Source of the DNA: Campylobacterales bacterium
Lineage (GTDB): Bacteria > Campylobacterota > Campylobacteria > Campylobacterales > Sulfurospirillaceae
Reading direction: 5' to 3'
Length of the DNA: 64,000 nucleotides
NCBI GenBank assembly: GCA_024280575.1
Contig: JAJRPV010000014.1
Span: 49,593-113,592 of the forward strand
How positions within the stretch are numbered: position 1 is the stretch's first letter; the number at the start of each line of letters is the position of its first letter. Shown here in pieces: positions 39,053-50,964 of the stretch. Under the pieces are notes generated by a model. It saw nothing but the letters and a program-made list of their open reading frames with translations. It was not told where the DNA came from and did no database searches. A program made the translations under genes and the position numbers.

Positions 39053-40196
39053 AATAATCCTTCATAAATTTTTCCACGACTATAAATGACCCAAAAACTA
39101 GATACTCTTCATCATCATTTATGCTCTTAAAATCACTTATTTCTATTTTCTTTTGCTTGCAGATATTTTTAATCTCCTTTTGTGCCATCCCTCTTTGATT
39201 CTCTACATGTAGAACTTCAATTCTCTTTACAATAGGGAAAAGAATATCTAATATCGATTTATACTCCTTATCTATAAAGCTATTATACACGAGTACAATT
39301 TTTTTATTTTTAAAGTATTTTACGATAGCTGACGCAGCCATTATATTATGACCAACATCAATTGTTATATTTTTTGCTATCTTTTGACATCTTCCTGGCA
39401 AAATTGGCAAATCTATTTTTTGCAAATCAATATCAAATCCTAGAATCTTTATGGCGCAAAAAGCAGTTTGGAGATTAATTTTTTGAAATGATGGAAGACT
39501 TTTTTCTTTTATAAGCTTTTTTATCTCTTTCTTATCTTTATTTCTCAGTACATCTTCTACTAAATACAACTTGCAAGCATTTTTTTCAGCTATATTTTTC
39601 GCCACTTTATACACAACTTCTTCATATTGAAAAGATAACAGAGAAACCGAAGTGATACTATTTATCTTGGTAGTGGCAATCTCTTCTATGCTGTTTCCCA
39701 AAAAAGAGCTATGATCATATCCTATAGGAGTAATTATACTTAAAACTTTTGGAAATACGCTAGTAGCATCAAACTCTCCGCCTAAACCTGCTTCAAGTAC
39801 AACAAAATCACAATCTTCTGAAAAAATTAAAATTGCCAAGAATGTTGTGTATTCAAAATACGAAAGAGTTTTTAGGAATTCTTTTGACAATAAATTTTGT
39901 AATTTTTTATGTGCATCTTCCAAAACATCATCATCTGCATCTTTGCCATTTAGCCAAATTCTTTCATTGAATTTAAATATATGAGGTGAAGTGTAGTGGC
40001 CGACCGATAAACCTTTTTGCAACAACATATTTGCCAAAAATCTACCAGTACTTCCTTTTCCGTTTGTGCCAACTATCTGCACAATCTTTGGTAGTTTTAT
40101 ATACTTCTTGATACTCTCATAAGCCCTTGGCATCCTGGAATAATCAATTTCATCATAATAAAGAGGTTTCTCTTTTAAATATTCACATAATGTCAT
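39042..40196 (-). CDS. folC: Folylpolyglutamate synthase/dihydrofolate synthase
   Basis: GTNGKGST, YTSPH, LEAGLGG.FDAT, DVGHN. Confidence 0.95.
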   Translation of the reverse strand: MTLCEYLKEKPLYYDEIDYSRMPRAYESIKKYIKLPKIVQIVGTNGKGSTGRFLANMLLQKGLSVGHYTSPHIFKFNERIWLNGKDADDDVLEDAHKKLQNLLSKEFLKTLSYFEYTTFLAILIFSEDCDFVVLEAGLGGEFDATSVFPKVLSIITPIGYDHSSFLGNSIEEIATTKINSITSVSLLSFQYEEVVYKVAKNIAEKNACKLYLVEDVLRNKDKKEIKKLIKEKSLPSFQKINLQTAFCAIKILGFDIDLQKIDLPILPGRCQKIAKNITIDVGHNIMAASAIVKYFKNKKIVLVYNSFIDKEYKSILDILFPIVKRIEVLHVENQRGMAQKEIKNICKQKKIEISDFKSINDDEEYLVFGSFIVVEKFMKDYFEK

Positions 40197-41740
40197 GAAA
40201 AATCTGGCAATACCTTGTTTCTTCCTGAGTCCTTTGCTGCATAAAGCATCTTATCGGCTTTTTCAACAGCATCTTTTGAAGATTTTTCCTTGCTTCTTTG
40301 AGACAATCCACAGCTGACTGTGATTCTTATCCTCTCATCTTTATACATAAATTTATATGATTCTATAATTCCTCGTATTTTATTTTAAAAATAAAAGGCT
40401 TGTTCAATATCAATGCTTGGCAATACAACCAAAAATTCTTCTCCACCATATCTGCCGACAAAATCTGTCTGCCTTATGTATTTTCTTAAAATTTTTCCGA
40501 TGCTTGAGAGTATAACATCTCCTGCTTCATGCCCATATGTATCGTTTACCATCTTAAAATGATCAATATCTAAAAAACACAAAGAGTAGTCCGTCTTATA
40601 GCGAAGATATGCCTCATCAGCTCTTTTCAACGCTTCATCTAATGCTCTTTTTGTTGCTGTATGGGTTAAAAAATCTTCCTTTACTTCTTTTTTTGCAACA
40701 AGCAGTGCTCTTTCCAAACCTTTTACTCTAGTATGTAAAATTTTTATAGTTTGCTGGTTTTTCTTCATTTTAGTACCAAGACTTTTAGTCTCGGCTTCCA
40801 AAGAAGTCGCAATGTGTACTAGTTTTAAACGAACACTATCAAAACTATCTGTTTTTAGATTAATATCTTGAAGATCTTTTTTGATATCTACTACTTGTTT
40901 ATTGCTAATCTCACTGCTATCGATTAAAGCAAATATTCTTTTATTGATCTCATCCAAAAGTTTATCTAGTGAAGATACCTTGGACTTTACCTCTTCTTTA
41001 TCAATGTCTATTCTTTTTTTAATAAAATGCTTGATTTCATCCTGAATCGCTTTAGTGCTCAAAGAAGACGGGTCATTTCTCAGTTTATAGGAAATAGAAG
41101 CTAAGTCATCATTCATACTTGATGCAATTGATGGAGTAAGACTTGCTATTATCAAAGGCGCAACAGTTTCATATATCGTGCCTTCGTCTTCTTTTTGAAT
41201 AATCTTAACAATATCTTTTACCATCTTTGTTAGATCGCTTTTTTCTACATATCCATACATATCAAGCTGATTTAAAAAACTGTCATCATATTCTGTAACA
41301 AAATCAAACCACTGATCTTTAATGGAGTCTATCACTTTTGAATTTTGACTAAAATCTAATCTCGAGAGAGTTGTATTTGCAAGTTCTCTGGCTTTTTTAT
41401 CATGAAGTAGTGTGGTTGCTTGTAAAATTCTTTTTGACATAACAACTAGAGAATTTATAATTTTTTCACTCTCATTTTCGTTTGCCTTATTAACTTTTGC
41501 TATCAAAAAGGATAAAAGTTCATTTATCGTACTTACTTTAAATTTTTTTAAATCTTGTTGCAAATGTTCATTTAGTTTTTTGGAAAATTTCTCTATTTTT
41601 CGGCAGTCTTCTACTATTAATCCTCTTTTTTTAGCAACTTCACAAAAGTATTTATTGTAATTATCCGGTGTTAGATTTAAATTGTCTCTTCTTAAAGCTT
41701 CAATACTCTCTTTGATAATTTGATTTATAGTGCTTGCCAT
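40193..41740 (-). pseudogene. Cytoplasmic diguanylate cyclase (GGEEF) with in-frame TAA at 40385-40387
   Basis: DIDHFKMVNDTYGHEAGD, RYGGEEF; the frame continues F*NKIR...ITVSCG...ADKMLYAAKDSGRN to a TGA overlapping the folC ATG. Confidence 0.88.
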
Positions 41741-41762
41741 TTTTCCTTCCTTGTATGCCAAT

Positions 41763-42308
41763 TTATTCGAGATATATTTTTATATTTTTTCTGATAGAAA
41801 TTTTCTTTTTGCTACCCATGATACCCATGATAGAAATTTTGGAAACCAACTCATTGATTGCATCAGTTGAAGCATTTTTTATAGCCTCAAATCTTTTTGT
41901 ATCAGAAATTACACTGTTTGCTTCAATCGGAAAGTTATAGTCTCCAACAGTAGAAAAGTTTTTAACCACACCGCTATCGTCTTTGAAACTAGATTTTAAT
42001 GTAACTTTTGCTTTATAGGCAATTACATACCCATTCTTATCATAAACTGTTGGTGAAAAACTTACAGATCCGATACTTACTAGCAAATTTGTATCTGCAT
42101 CTTTTTTACTGCTAAGCTTCGCTCCAAATCGACTTACAACTGCTTCATTTACTGCATCTTTAATCAAAACACTATTTTTTGGATCAGTTCTACTAATTCT
42201 TGCATCTACATGTATATTTTTCCCAAGCACTTTTTTGGTATAAAATGAACTAGGCTTATAGCCACATCCTAAAAGCAAAAAAGGTATAAGAAAATATATT
42301 ATTTTCAT
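41763..42308 (-). CDS. lptE: LPS assembly lipoprotein LptE
   Basis: Lipobox LLLGCGYKP; downstream of leuS; ATG 42308 overlaps the leuS TGA. Confidence 0.8.
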   Translation of the reverse strand: MKIIYFLIPFLLLGCGYKPSSFYTKKVLGKNIHVDARISRTDPKNSVLIKDAVNEAVVSRFGAKLSSKKDADTNLLVSIGSVSFSPTVYDKNGYVIAYKAKVTLKSSFKDDSGVVKNFSTVGDYNFPIEANSVISDTKRFEAIKNASTDAINELVSKISIMGIMGSKKKISIRKNIKIYLE

Positions 42309-44755
42309 TTTACAACCAAATTTACAAGTTTGTTTGGAACATATATCTCTTTTATAATATTTTTTCCTTCTAACCATTTTGCTACTTTTTCTTTTGCACT
42401 AGAAATAATTTGATCCTTTTCCAAGCCAATTTCTACTTCCATCTCATCTCTTTTTTTACCATTGACCGTGATAGCCAAGGTGATGCTCTCTTCTTTAAAA
42501 ACTTCTTCAATAATATCTATTTTAGCAAAATTTTTCAAACCAAACAAATCTTCACTTATCTCCCAGCAAATATGTGGAATTATGGGCTCTAGGATGTTTG
42601 CAAGCACAAAATAACCTTCACTCCAAACATCTGAATTTTCTTGCTGATTTAAAGCATTTAAGGCTTCCATACAAGCTGCTATCAAAGTATTGAAAGTATA
42701 TGTTCCTTTATATATATCATTTGATTTTTTAAGGGCAACATATACTTTTTTTCTTGCATATTTTGAGTTTTTTGAAAGCTTTGAGTGTTCAATTTTCGGT
42801 AGTTTTTCACATTTCTTTGCCATTTCTGTTTTTGAAGCAAATCTCTTTATAAACTTAAAAGCACCCTCAACCGCACTGTCATTCCACTCTAACTCTTTTT
42901 GAGGAGGAGCTGCAAAAAGTATAAAAAGTCTTGCCGTATCTGCTCCATATCTTTTTATAATATCATCAGGATCTACGGTGTTGCCTTTTGATTTGCTCAT
43001 TTTAGAACCGTCTTTTAAAACCATCCCTTGAGTTAAAAGATTTTGAAATGGCTCATCACTTGATTGCATACCCATGTCTCTTAAAACTTTTGTAAAAAAT
43101 CTTGAGTATAAAAGATGAAGTATAGCATGCTCAATTCCACCAACATACTGATCAACGCTCATCCAATAATCACTACTTTTTTTATCAAACGGCACTTCAC
43201 CCCAAAGAGAAGGATCTGTTGTATATCTTAAAAAATACCAACTTGACTGAAAAAATGTATCCATAGTATCAGTCTCTCTCAAAGCATCTGTCCCACATTT
43301 TGGACATTTTGCATATTTCCATGTTGGATGAGTCTGCAAGGGGTTCCCTTCGCCTGTGATCTCAATATCATTAGGAAGAGTAACGGGCAAATTTTCTTTT
43401 GCTTCCGGAACCAAGCCACATTTTGGACAGTGAATCATAGGTATCGGAGCACCCCAATATCTCTGTCTGCTTATTCCCCAATCTCTTAATTTATAATTTA
43501 CAACTTTACTGCCAAGATTATTATCTTCAAAATACTTTATAACTGCTTTTTTACCCTCATCGCTACTAAGTCCCGTAAAATCATCTGAATTTACCATAAC
43601 TCCATACTCTGTGAGAGCGCAACTGCCGTCAAATTTTTGTTTTTTGTTTTCTATACTCTGGATAATTGGCAAATCATACTTTTTGGCAAATTCAAAATCT
43701 CTTTCATCATGAGCAGGAACCGCCATAACAGCACCACCGCCATACTCAATCAAAACAAAATTAGCAACCCAAAGCGGTACTTTTTTCTTTGTCAATGGGT
43801 GGACAACATCAAGCTCCAAACTCAAGCCTTCTTTGTCAATCATAGATCTCTCTCTTGCACTTAGAGATTGCATATCTTTGATTTTTTTGATTTTTTCATC
43901 ACTGAGCAATTTGTTTTCTACAAGGTATTTTACTATTTTATGCTCAGGTGCCAAAGCAGAATAACTCACGCCATAGATGGTATCTGGTCTTGTTGTGAAA
44001 ACTTTAAATTTATCAAAATTATCATCTATTTTCTTTTTGGATTCATCACTTAAAGTAAAATCAAATTCTAAACCCTCGCTTCTTCCTATCCAATTTTCCT
44101 GCATAGTCAAAACTTGTGATGGCCATCCTTTTTTCAAAGTCTCCAAATCATCCAGTAATTCTTGAGCATATTGGGTTATCTTAAGATAGTATCCTGCCAT
44201 ATCTTTTTGCACGACTTCATTATCGCATCTCCAGCATTTTCCGTCTTCTACTTGTTCATTTGCCAAAACAGTTTGGCAGGTTTCACACCAATTTAAAGAT
44301 GCGCTTTTTTGATAAACCAAGCCTTTATTAAACATATCGATAAATATTTTTTGTTCGTGTTTCGTATAAAGTGGATCACTTGTAGCAAATTCTCTTTTTT
44401 GTGAAAAAGAGAGACCTAAAGAATTTAACTCTTTTTTCATATAATCTATATTTTCATAAGTCCATTTTTTTGGATGGGTTTTATGTTTAATCGCAGCATT
44501 TTCTGCTGGCATTCCAAAAGAGTCCCATCCTATTGGATGAAGAACATTATATCCCTCTTTTCTGTTAAATCTCGCAATTGCATCGCCTATACTGTAATTT
44601 CTCACATGCCCCATATGTATCTTTCCACTAGGATATGGAAACATACTTAAAATATATTTTTTTTCTTTATTAAAATCATTCTCAGGCTCAAATGAGTTAT
44701 GCTTTAACCAATACTCTTGCCATTTTTTTTCTATCTGTGAAACATTATATTCCAT
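42305..44755 (-). CDS. leuS: Leucine--tRNA ligase
   Basis: [33 protein letters not shown]. Confidence 0.98.
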   Translation of the reverse strand: MEYNVSQIEKKWQEYWLKHNSFEPENDFNKEKKYILSMFPYPSGKIHMGHVRNYSIGDAIARFNRKEGYNVLHPIGWDSFGMPAENAAIKHKTHPKKWTYENIDYMKKELNSLGLSFSQKREFATSDPLYTKHEQKIFIDMFNKGLVYQKSASLNWCETCQTVLANEQVEDGKCWRCDNEVVQKDMAGYYLKITQYAQELLDDLETLKKGWPSQVLTMQENWIGRSEGLEFDFTLSDESKKKIDDNFDKFKVFTTRPDTIYGVSYSALAPEHKIVKYLVENKLLSDEKIKKIKDMQSLSARERSMIDKEGLSLELDVVHPLTKKKVPLWVANFVLIEYGGGAVMAVPAHDERDFEFAKKYDLPIIQSIENKKQKFDGSCALTEYGVMVNSDDFTGLSSDEGKKAVIKYFEDNNLGSKVVNYKLRDWGISRQRYWGAPIPMIHCPKCGLVPEAKENLPVTLPNDIEITGEGNPLQTHPTWKYAKCPKCGTDALRETDTMDTFFQSSWYFLRYTTDPSLWGEVPFDKKSSDYWMSVDQYVGGIEHAILHLLYSRFFTKVLRDMGMQSSDEPFQNLLTQGMVLKDGSKMSKSKGNTVDPDDIIKRYGADTARLFILFAAPPQKELEWNDSAVEGAFKFIKRFASKTEMAKKCEKLPKIEHSKLSKNSKYARKKVYVALKKSNDIYKGTYTFNTLIAACMEALNALNQQENSDVWSEGYFVLANILEPIIPHICWEISEDLFGLKNFAKIDIIEEVFKEESITLAITVNGKKRDEMEVEIGLEKDQIISSAKEKVAKWLEGKNIIKEIYVPNKLVNLVVK

Positions 44756-44766
44756 TTATTACTCCA

Positions 44767-45105
44767 CTAAAATTCTTCTCTTGTTTTTGATGCTTCAATC
44801 AATACCAATGCCACAGAAAAGATATTTGCTATGATTGCACCAATTGCAAAAGCAATAGCCATTCTGACATTGCCATTTATTTCAAACATGATATATGCAG
44901 GAATCAGATGCAAATCTGCAACAAGTGAGCTTGCAAAAAGCTCGGCTGAGAGTATATTTTTAACTCCAATTTTTAAAAGAGTAGATATGAGATTTATAGA
45001 AGCTGCTATAAAAAGAGCTGTTCCGTTGTCTTCATACAAAAAACCGGCTGTCGTAGTCAAACTCATCAATGCAAAGAATATATATATTACTTTTCCCCAA
45101 TCCAC
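44767..45105 (-). CDS. DUF6394-family membrane protein
   Basis: MDWGKVIYIFFALMSLTTTAGFLY...LFASSLVADLHLIPA; conserved Campylobacterota gene between secF and leuS (family name from recall). Confidence 0.7.
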   Translation of the reverse strand: MDWGKVIYIFFALMSLTTTAGFLYEDNGTALFIAASINLISTLLKIGVKNILSAELFASSLVADLHLIPAYIMFEINGNVRMAIAFAIGAIIANIFSVALVLIEASKTREEF

Positions 45106-45125
45106 AACTCTACCTCCTAAAAACT

Positions 45126-45146
45126 CAGCCCCAAAAAATGGGGCTG
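45126..45146. terminator. GC-rich hairpin between secF and the DUF6394 gene
   Basis: CAGCCCCA-AAAAA-TGGGGCTG; weak U tract on the minus strand. Confidence 0.5.
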
Positions 45147-45153
45147 TTTATAT

Positions 45154-46125
45154 CTACATCAAGCCTTTTTCATATTGAGCTCTTAGCTTTTCTTTTTCTA
45201 TTCTTCTTTTTTCTTTCTCTACTTGTTTTGTTTTATATTCTTTTAGACTGAAACCTAGCCACTTTAGCATAGGAGATGCTACAAATACAGAACTGTATGT
45301 TCCTACGATAATACCAACCAAAAGAGTAAAACTAAAACTATATATAATTTCTCCGCCTAGTAAAAAGAGCGTCAAAATAACAAAGAATGTCGTCAAAGAT
45401 GTCAAAATTGTTCTTGTAAGTGTTTTAGATACAGAATCATTGATAACATTAAAAAGATTCAAATCTTTTGTATCAACAATCCCTTCTCTGATTCTGTCAA
45501 ATACAATAATCGTATCATTCAAAGAGTAACCAAGTAGTGTTAGGAGTGCCGCTAACACATCAAGATTAAAATCTACCTGAAAAAGAGCAATTGCACCCAT
45601 GGCAATAGAAACATCATGTACTAATGCTAAAACAGATGCCAATGCAAATCGCCACTCAAATCTAAAAGCTACATATATAAGAATTGCTAAAATAGACATA
45701 ACCATAGCCATGATTCCCTTCTCTCGAAGCTCACCACCTACTTTTGGACCGACTATGTCAACTCTTCTTATCTTAAAATTTCCTGTACCTTTTAAAAGTC
45801 TTTTTATCTTATCGCCTGCATCTGTGCTGACATTTCCACTTGTTTTAGCAAAACGAATTATAATTTCATCGGGTGAACCAAACTCAGTAATAGAGGCATT
45901 TGCAAATTCTTTTTCCTTACTAATATGCTCTCGTATAGCTTTTATAGGGGCTTTTTTGTCATATTTTACCTGAACAACCGTTCCGCCAGAAAAATCTATA
46001 CCATAATTTAAACCTTTTGTATATAAAAAGAAGTATGAAGCCAATATCAAAATAATTGAAATTGATATAAAAAAATTACTTTTACCCATAAAATCATAGG
46101 TTTTATCTTTTGAAAATATTTGCAT
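45154..46125 (-). CDS. secF: Protein translocase subunit SecF
   Basis: GIDFSGG, VGPKVG.EL, GYSLNDTIIVFDRIRE. Confidence 0.97.
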   Translation of the reverse strand: MQIFSKDKTYDFMGKSNFFISISIILILASYFFLYTKGLNYGIDFSGGTVVQVKYDKKAPIKAIREHISKEKEFANASITEFGSPDEIIIRFAKTSGNVSTDAGDKIKRLLKGTGNFKIRRVDIVGPKVGGELREKGIMAMVMSILAILIYVAFRFEWRFALASVLALVHDVSIAMGAIALFQVDFNLDVLAALLTLLGYSLNDTIIVFDRIREGIVDTKDLNLFNVINDSVSKTLTRTILTSLTTFFVILTLFLLGGEIIYSFSFTLLVGIIVGTYSSVFVASPMLKWLGFSLKEYKTKQVEKEKRRIEKEKLRAQYEKGLM

Positions 46126-47705
46126 TATTTACCTCTCTTTACGCCAAACCAAAATGACAATCGTTTGCTTCTTTCGATATAAGGCATAATCCATTGATAG
46201 ATTCCATGTGTTCCCAATATCGCTGTTAACATTGAGGCTAAAATACCGATACTCATGGTAACTGCAAAACCTTTAATCGGTCCTGTACCATAGGCATATA
46301 GAACAACTGCTGCTATCAGCGTTGTGATATTTGCATCCAAGATGGCGCTCATAGCATTTGCATAACCTTTTTCTACTGCCTGTGCCACGGTTTTTCCTTC
46401 TCTAAATAGCTCTCTTATCCGTTCATTTATAATAACATTGGCATCAACTGCCATACCAACCGTCAGAACGATTCCAGCCATACCAGGCAAGGTCAATGTT
46501 GCTCCAAACAGAGCCATAATGGAAATAACCAAAAATAGGTTTACAAGTAGCGCTATATCTGCAATCAAACCAGCCATACCATAGTATAAAATCATAAAGA
46601 CAAATACTAAAACAAATCCCGTGATTAATGCCAACATACTAGCTTTAATACTATCAGCTCCCAAGCTCGGTCCTACACTTCTTTGTTCAAGTAACTTAAC
46701 CGGAGCCAATAGTGCGCCACTTCTTAATGCAATTGCTACATCATGAGCTTCTTTTACCGTAAAACCACCACTTATCTGACCACTTCCTCCGCCAATTCTC
46801 TCTCTTATGACCGGAGCTGAATAGACTTTATTGTCAAGTACGATCGCTAAGTGATTTCCAACATTTTTAGCTGTATAGTCTCCAAATATTTTAGCCCCTT
46901 CACTGTTTAGCGTAAAGTTAATAACAGGCTGATTCATATTGCTAAAGCCGACTTTTGCATCTGTTAGCATACTGCCATCCAAAATAGGAACACTTTTTAC
47001 GATATATTTTACATTTGGTGTTTTGGAATCCGGTAAAATCACATCCCCATAACTCGCAGCTTCGTCCTCACTCATAGTGTTTGCCTGATCTGCTCTTTTT
47101 TCATCTATCGACATCAGTTGGAGGTGTGCCGCTTTTGCTATAAGTTCTCTTGCTCTTTTTTCCTACTCAATAGTTTTAATACCCGGCAATTCAACAAGTA
47201 TCTTGTCTTTTCCTTGTTTTGCAACATTTGGCTCACTGAGACCAAATTGATCAAGTCTGTTTCTAATAGTTTCAACTGCTTGCGATACAGCAAATTTCTT
47301 AGTAGCAATTTTTTCTTTATCACTTAAGCTCAGAGTATAAGAAAGTTTATTTTTCTTGACTTGAACACCTGGTATTTTTTTAATCATGGCATCAAGATTT
47401 TTCTCTTCATCACCGTCTAAAAGTGTAAAAGTAACCAAGTCATCTTTCACCCTTAATTCATCAATAACTATGTCGTTATTATCTGTAAAAAATTTTATGC
47501 TTGAAGCGATTGATTTCATCTTTGATTTTATTGCTTCATCAGTCTTCACACCTAGAAGCATATGCAAGCCACCTTGAAGATCAAGCCCTAAGGATATCTT
47601 TGCACCTTTATCGGTTTGCAAAAAGGTTGGCAAGGAAAAGCCAACCCCAAATATAATCGCAATGAAAAAAATCACCAAGCGGTAATTTAATCCACCCTTA
47701 CTCAT
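46125..47705 (-). pseudogene. secD: Protein translocase subunit SecD with in-frame TAG at 47163-47165
   Basis: [58 protein letters not shown]. Confidence 0.92.
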
Positions 47706-47969
47706 CTATTTTTTTCGCTATATATTCTCTTGAGATTTTAACCGTTACTTCATTATTAAGTGAAACTTTGATAAAATTCTCTTCTGGTTTAATTACTTGA
47801 CAGATAAGTCCACCATTTGTGATAACCTTGTCTCCTTTTTGAGACCTGCAATCATATCCTTGTGTTGTTTTGCTTGTTTTTGTTGAGGTCTTATAACCAA
47901 AAAATAAAAAATCGCGAAAAGTACGATCAATGGTAATAAAGAAGTCAGCATATTTGAACCGCCTTGCAT
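47698..47969 (-). pseudogene. yajC: Preprotein translocase subunit YajC with -1 frameshift at T5 run 47836-47840 (absent from the ORF track)
   Basis: MQGGSNMLTSLLPLIVLFAIFYFLVIRPQQKQAKQHKDM; one extra A restores LKKGDKVITNGGL. Confidence 0.9.
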
Positions 47970-47983
47970 GTAAATCCTTTTAT

Positions 47984-49207
47984 GTAAAAATTTTAAGAGA
48001 TTATTTTACCATTTCTTACATAATAAAAGCCTTTGTTATTGCTTTTTGTTTATCTATTTTTATATATCTTGAATATTTTCATATTTCATCAAAGATTTTG
48101 AACTCTATTTTTCCTATTTTAGGGTTTTATCTACTTTTGAAAGCAAATAAATATGAGTTTTTTTGGAGTGGTTTTTTCATAGGAATTTTTTGGTTCTATT
48201 GGATTAGCCTTAGTTTTAGATACTATGATTTAAGTTTTCTTATCCCTTTTGTGATCTTTGGAATTGCCCTTATTTATGGATTGATTTTTAGAATTATTGC
48301 ATTTTTTGACAATATCTATGCAAGAGTTGTTTTAATTTTTTCTCTTAGTTTCATCTCTCCTTTTGGGTTTAACTGGTTAAAACTTGAACTTAGTTTAATC
48401 AATAGCTATTTTAATATGCAAATTATATTTTATGCTCTGTTTTTAATTGGAATTGCGGTGCTTGTAAAACTTCCAAAATGGCATAAGATGTTTTCTCTTC
48501 TTCTTTTTGTTACTTGTTTATATCATCCTGCATATAAAAGAGATAAAATTCCTCTACATGTAAAGATTGTCAAAACAAATACCAATCAAGATAATAAGTG
48601 GAACCCAAAATATGAAAAAAAACTCGTGAAAGAGAATTTCGATTATATTATTGATGCAATTGATAAAAGATATGACTTGGTTATACTTCCTGAGAGTGTA
48701 TTCCCACAATACTTAAATCTGCATATTGATGAAATTGCTGAGTTAAAAAAGTTATCCAAAAAAATCAATATTGTAGCCGGAGGCTTAACTTATGAAAATC
48801 ATAAAATATACAACTCGTCCTATTTTTTCAGTGATGGAAATATGCAAATAGCCCACAAAGTTACTTTGGTTCCATTTGGTGAAGAGATACCATTGCCTGG
48901 TTTTTTAAACAAATTTATAAATAAAATATTTTTTAACTCTGCAACTGACTATTCAAGAGCAAAAACTCCATATGATTTCGACATAAAAGGTATAAAATTC
49001 AGAAGTGCAGTATGCTTTGAAGCCACAACAGACAAACTATTTGAAAACCATCCCAAATATATGATAGCCATCAGTAATAATGCTTGGTTCAAACCGTCAA
49101 TCGAACCGACACTTCAGCATTTGCTCTTAAAATTGTATGCAAAAAAATACAACACTGTGATATTGCACAGTGCAAATGGAGGAATCAGTGGTATCATCAA
49201 ACCGTAG
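47984..49207 (+). CDS. lnt: Apolipoprotein N-acyltransferase (start uncertain)
   Basis: Multi-TM N-terminus, LPES, HKVTLVPFGE, VCFE, SNNAWF nitrilase-fold motifs. Confidence 0.9.
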   Translation, partial: VKILRDYFTISYIIKAFVIAFCLSIFIYLEYFHISSKILNSIFPILGFYLLLKANKYEFFWSGFFIGIFWFYWISLSFRYYDLSFLIPFVIFGIALIYGLIFRIIAFFDNIYARVVLIFSLSFISPFGFNWLKLELSLINSYFNMQIIFYALFLIGIAVLVKLPKWHKMFSLLLFVTCLYHPAYKRDKIPLHVKIVKTNTNQDNKWNPKYEKKLVKENFDYIIDAIDKRYDLVILPESVFPQYLNLHIDEIAELKKLSKKINIVAGGLTYENHKIYNSSYFFSDGNMQIAHKVTLVPFGEEIPLPGFLNKFINKIFFNSATDYSRAKTPYDFDIKGIKFRSAVCFEATTDKLFENHPKYMIAISNNAWFKPSIEPTLQHLLLKLYAKKYNTVILHSANGGISGIIKP

Positions 49208-49733
49208 TTTGTTTTATTTTTCCAAAGAGTTTTTTTAGGCACTCCTGCTTAAAACTTACCATCGGAGTTTTCTTGGCATATTCTATATAATCAAGTCCGA
49301 ATTTTTTTCTCACTTCCCACTCTTCAAAAATGATAACCATAAAAATGATAAATAACATTTCAAGCGGAGCGATAAAAGAGATAAAAGTAGGTGAACCTAT
49401 TATCAGAGCTGTTCCTAGAGGTAAAAGAGTTAGTCCAAAAAGCATGGGATGTCTCATACAACTGTAAATTCCCGTACTTACAAGATGGTTGGTTTCGAGT
49501 CTCGGAATATCTCCAACTCGTCCTTTTTTTAGTTCTAGTCCGCCATTTGCGGCAGATCTAAAAGCAAAAACAAGTATAAAATATCCCAAAATAAGACTGA
49601 TTATATGAAAAGTATAACTATGCCACAAAGGGCTGTTCAAATCTCTAACTATTCCAAATATCGCGCCACCAGCGAGTAAAAATACCCAAAGCAAAATGCG
49701 TATGACAACTGAAACAGAAGTTTTTATTTTCAT
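49197..49733 (-). CDS. ICMT/PEMT-family membrane methyltransferase
   Basis: GIYSCMRHPM, EE..V..KFG..Y..Y.K.TP. Confidence 0.8.
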   Translation of the reverse strand: MKIKTSVSVVIRILLWVFLLAGGAIFGIVRDLNSPLWHSYTFHIISLILGYFILVFAFRSAANGGLELKKGRVGDIPRLETNHLVSTGIYSCMRHPMLFGLTLLPLGTALIIGSPTFISFIAPLEMLFIIFMVIIFEEWEVRKKFGLDYIEYAKKTPMVSFKQECLKKLFGKIKQTTV

Positions 49734-49752
49734 AACAGCCCTACATGTAGCC

Positions 49753-50964
49753 TTATATTAAAGCCTCGAAAAGCTCTACTGCGTCTAATTTTTCCCACGG
49801 ATAATCACTTTGTCCGACTTGTCCTCGTGCTGCTACATCAGCATATAAGAAAGTTTCACGGCTTGGTTTATCTAGTCCAAATTTTTTTGTTATCCATCTA
49901 GGTGTCAGGCTAAAAGTGTTAATCACAAAATTTGACAGCACATCATCACTTACACTGACATTTGTACCAAAGGTATCAACACTGATTGAGAGTGGTTTTG
50001 CCACTCCAATCGCATAAGAGAGTTGTACTGAGCATTTTTTAGCCAATCCGCTTGCTATTATATTTTTTGCCAGCCATCGAGCTGCATAAAGACCGCTTCT
50101 GTCAACTTTTGTATAATCTTTACTACTTTGTGCACCCCCACCAATGGGTGAATATCCGCCAAAACTATCTACTATTAGTTTTCGCCCCGTCAGTCCCGAA
50201 TCATGCAAAGGACTGTGATTTACATATCTGCCTGTCGGATTTAGATGCAAGATCGTATTTTCCGGATCATACAGTCTTGGAGGAAGCCCCGTATCGTCTA
50301 TTAAGCCTTTCAAAAGCTCTCTCACCTCTTCTATGGGCATATCTTCAACTGATGGAGCTGAAACTACTATAGTATGAATTTTTTGGGGAAGGCAATTTTC
50401 AAAATTTTCTTTTGTACCATAATCCATAGTCACTTGAGTTTTTATATCAACTCCTAGTTTTTGGTTGTGATTTAGTGCATAATTATAAACTTTATCGCAA
50501 ATCATCCTCGCATAAGTGATGGCCGAGGGCATAAAATCCGCTGTTTCATTTGTGGCAAAACCAAACATAATTCCCTGATCGCCTGCTCCAATTTCTCCGG
50601 TTTCTTGATCAACTCCTTGAGATATGTCACTTGATTGTCTGTTTAACAGAACTTGAATTTTAACATCATCAGGATGCAGGCATTGCTCTCTTGTGAAGGC
50701 AGATTTTCCATCATATCCTATCTTAATAAGAGCATTTTTTACTATATCTTCATAATCTTCTATGTCCAAATTAGCTGAAGTTTTGACTTCACCGCCTATA
50801 ATGATATTTTTGCCCGCTACAAATACTTCACTAGCAACTCTTGAGTTGGGATCAGCGATAATCAAAGCATCTACAATGCTGTCTGCTATGATATCGGCAC
50901 ATTTATCCGGATGTCCGGGGCTTACTACTTCACTTGTAAAAAGGTATTGTGGTGTGTTTTCCAT
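49753..50964 (-). CDS. metK: S-adenosylmethionine synthetase
   Basis: FTSEVVSPGHPDK, GAGDQG, DSGLTGRK, GGGAQSSKD. Confidence 0.98.
   Translation of the reverse strand: MENTPQYLFTSEVVSPGHPDKCADIIADSIVDALIIADPNSRVASEVFVAGKNIIIGGEVKTSANLDIEDYEDIVKNALIKIGYDGKSAFTREQCLHPDDVKIQVLLNRQSSDISQGVDQETGEIGAGDQGIMFGFATNETADFMPSAITYARMICDKVYNYALNHNQKLGVDIKTQVTMDYGTKENFENCLPQKIHTIVVSAPSVEDMPIEEVRELLKGLIDDTGLPPRLYDPENTILHLNPTGRYVNHSPLHDSGLTGRKLIVDSFGGYSPIGGGAQSSKDYTKVDRSGLYAARWLAKNIIASGLAKKCSVQLSYAIGVAKPLSISVDTFGTNVSVSDDVLSNFVINTFSLTPRWITKKFGLDKPSRETFLYADVAARGQVGQSDYPWEKLDAVELFEALI

Noticed and set aside
47930-47990. lnt start at 47930 as given in the ORF track, or a lesion at its start
   Set aside because: 47930 overlaps the divergent yajC start; no convincing alternative start or SD is visible, so no claim is made.
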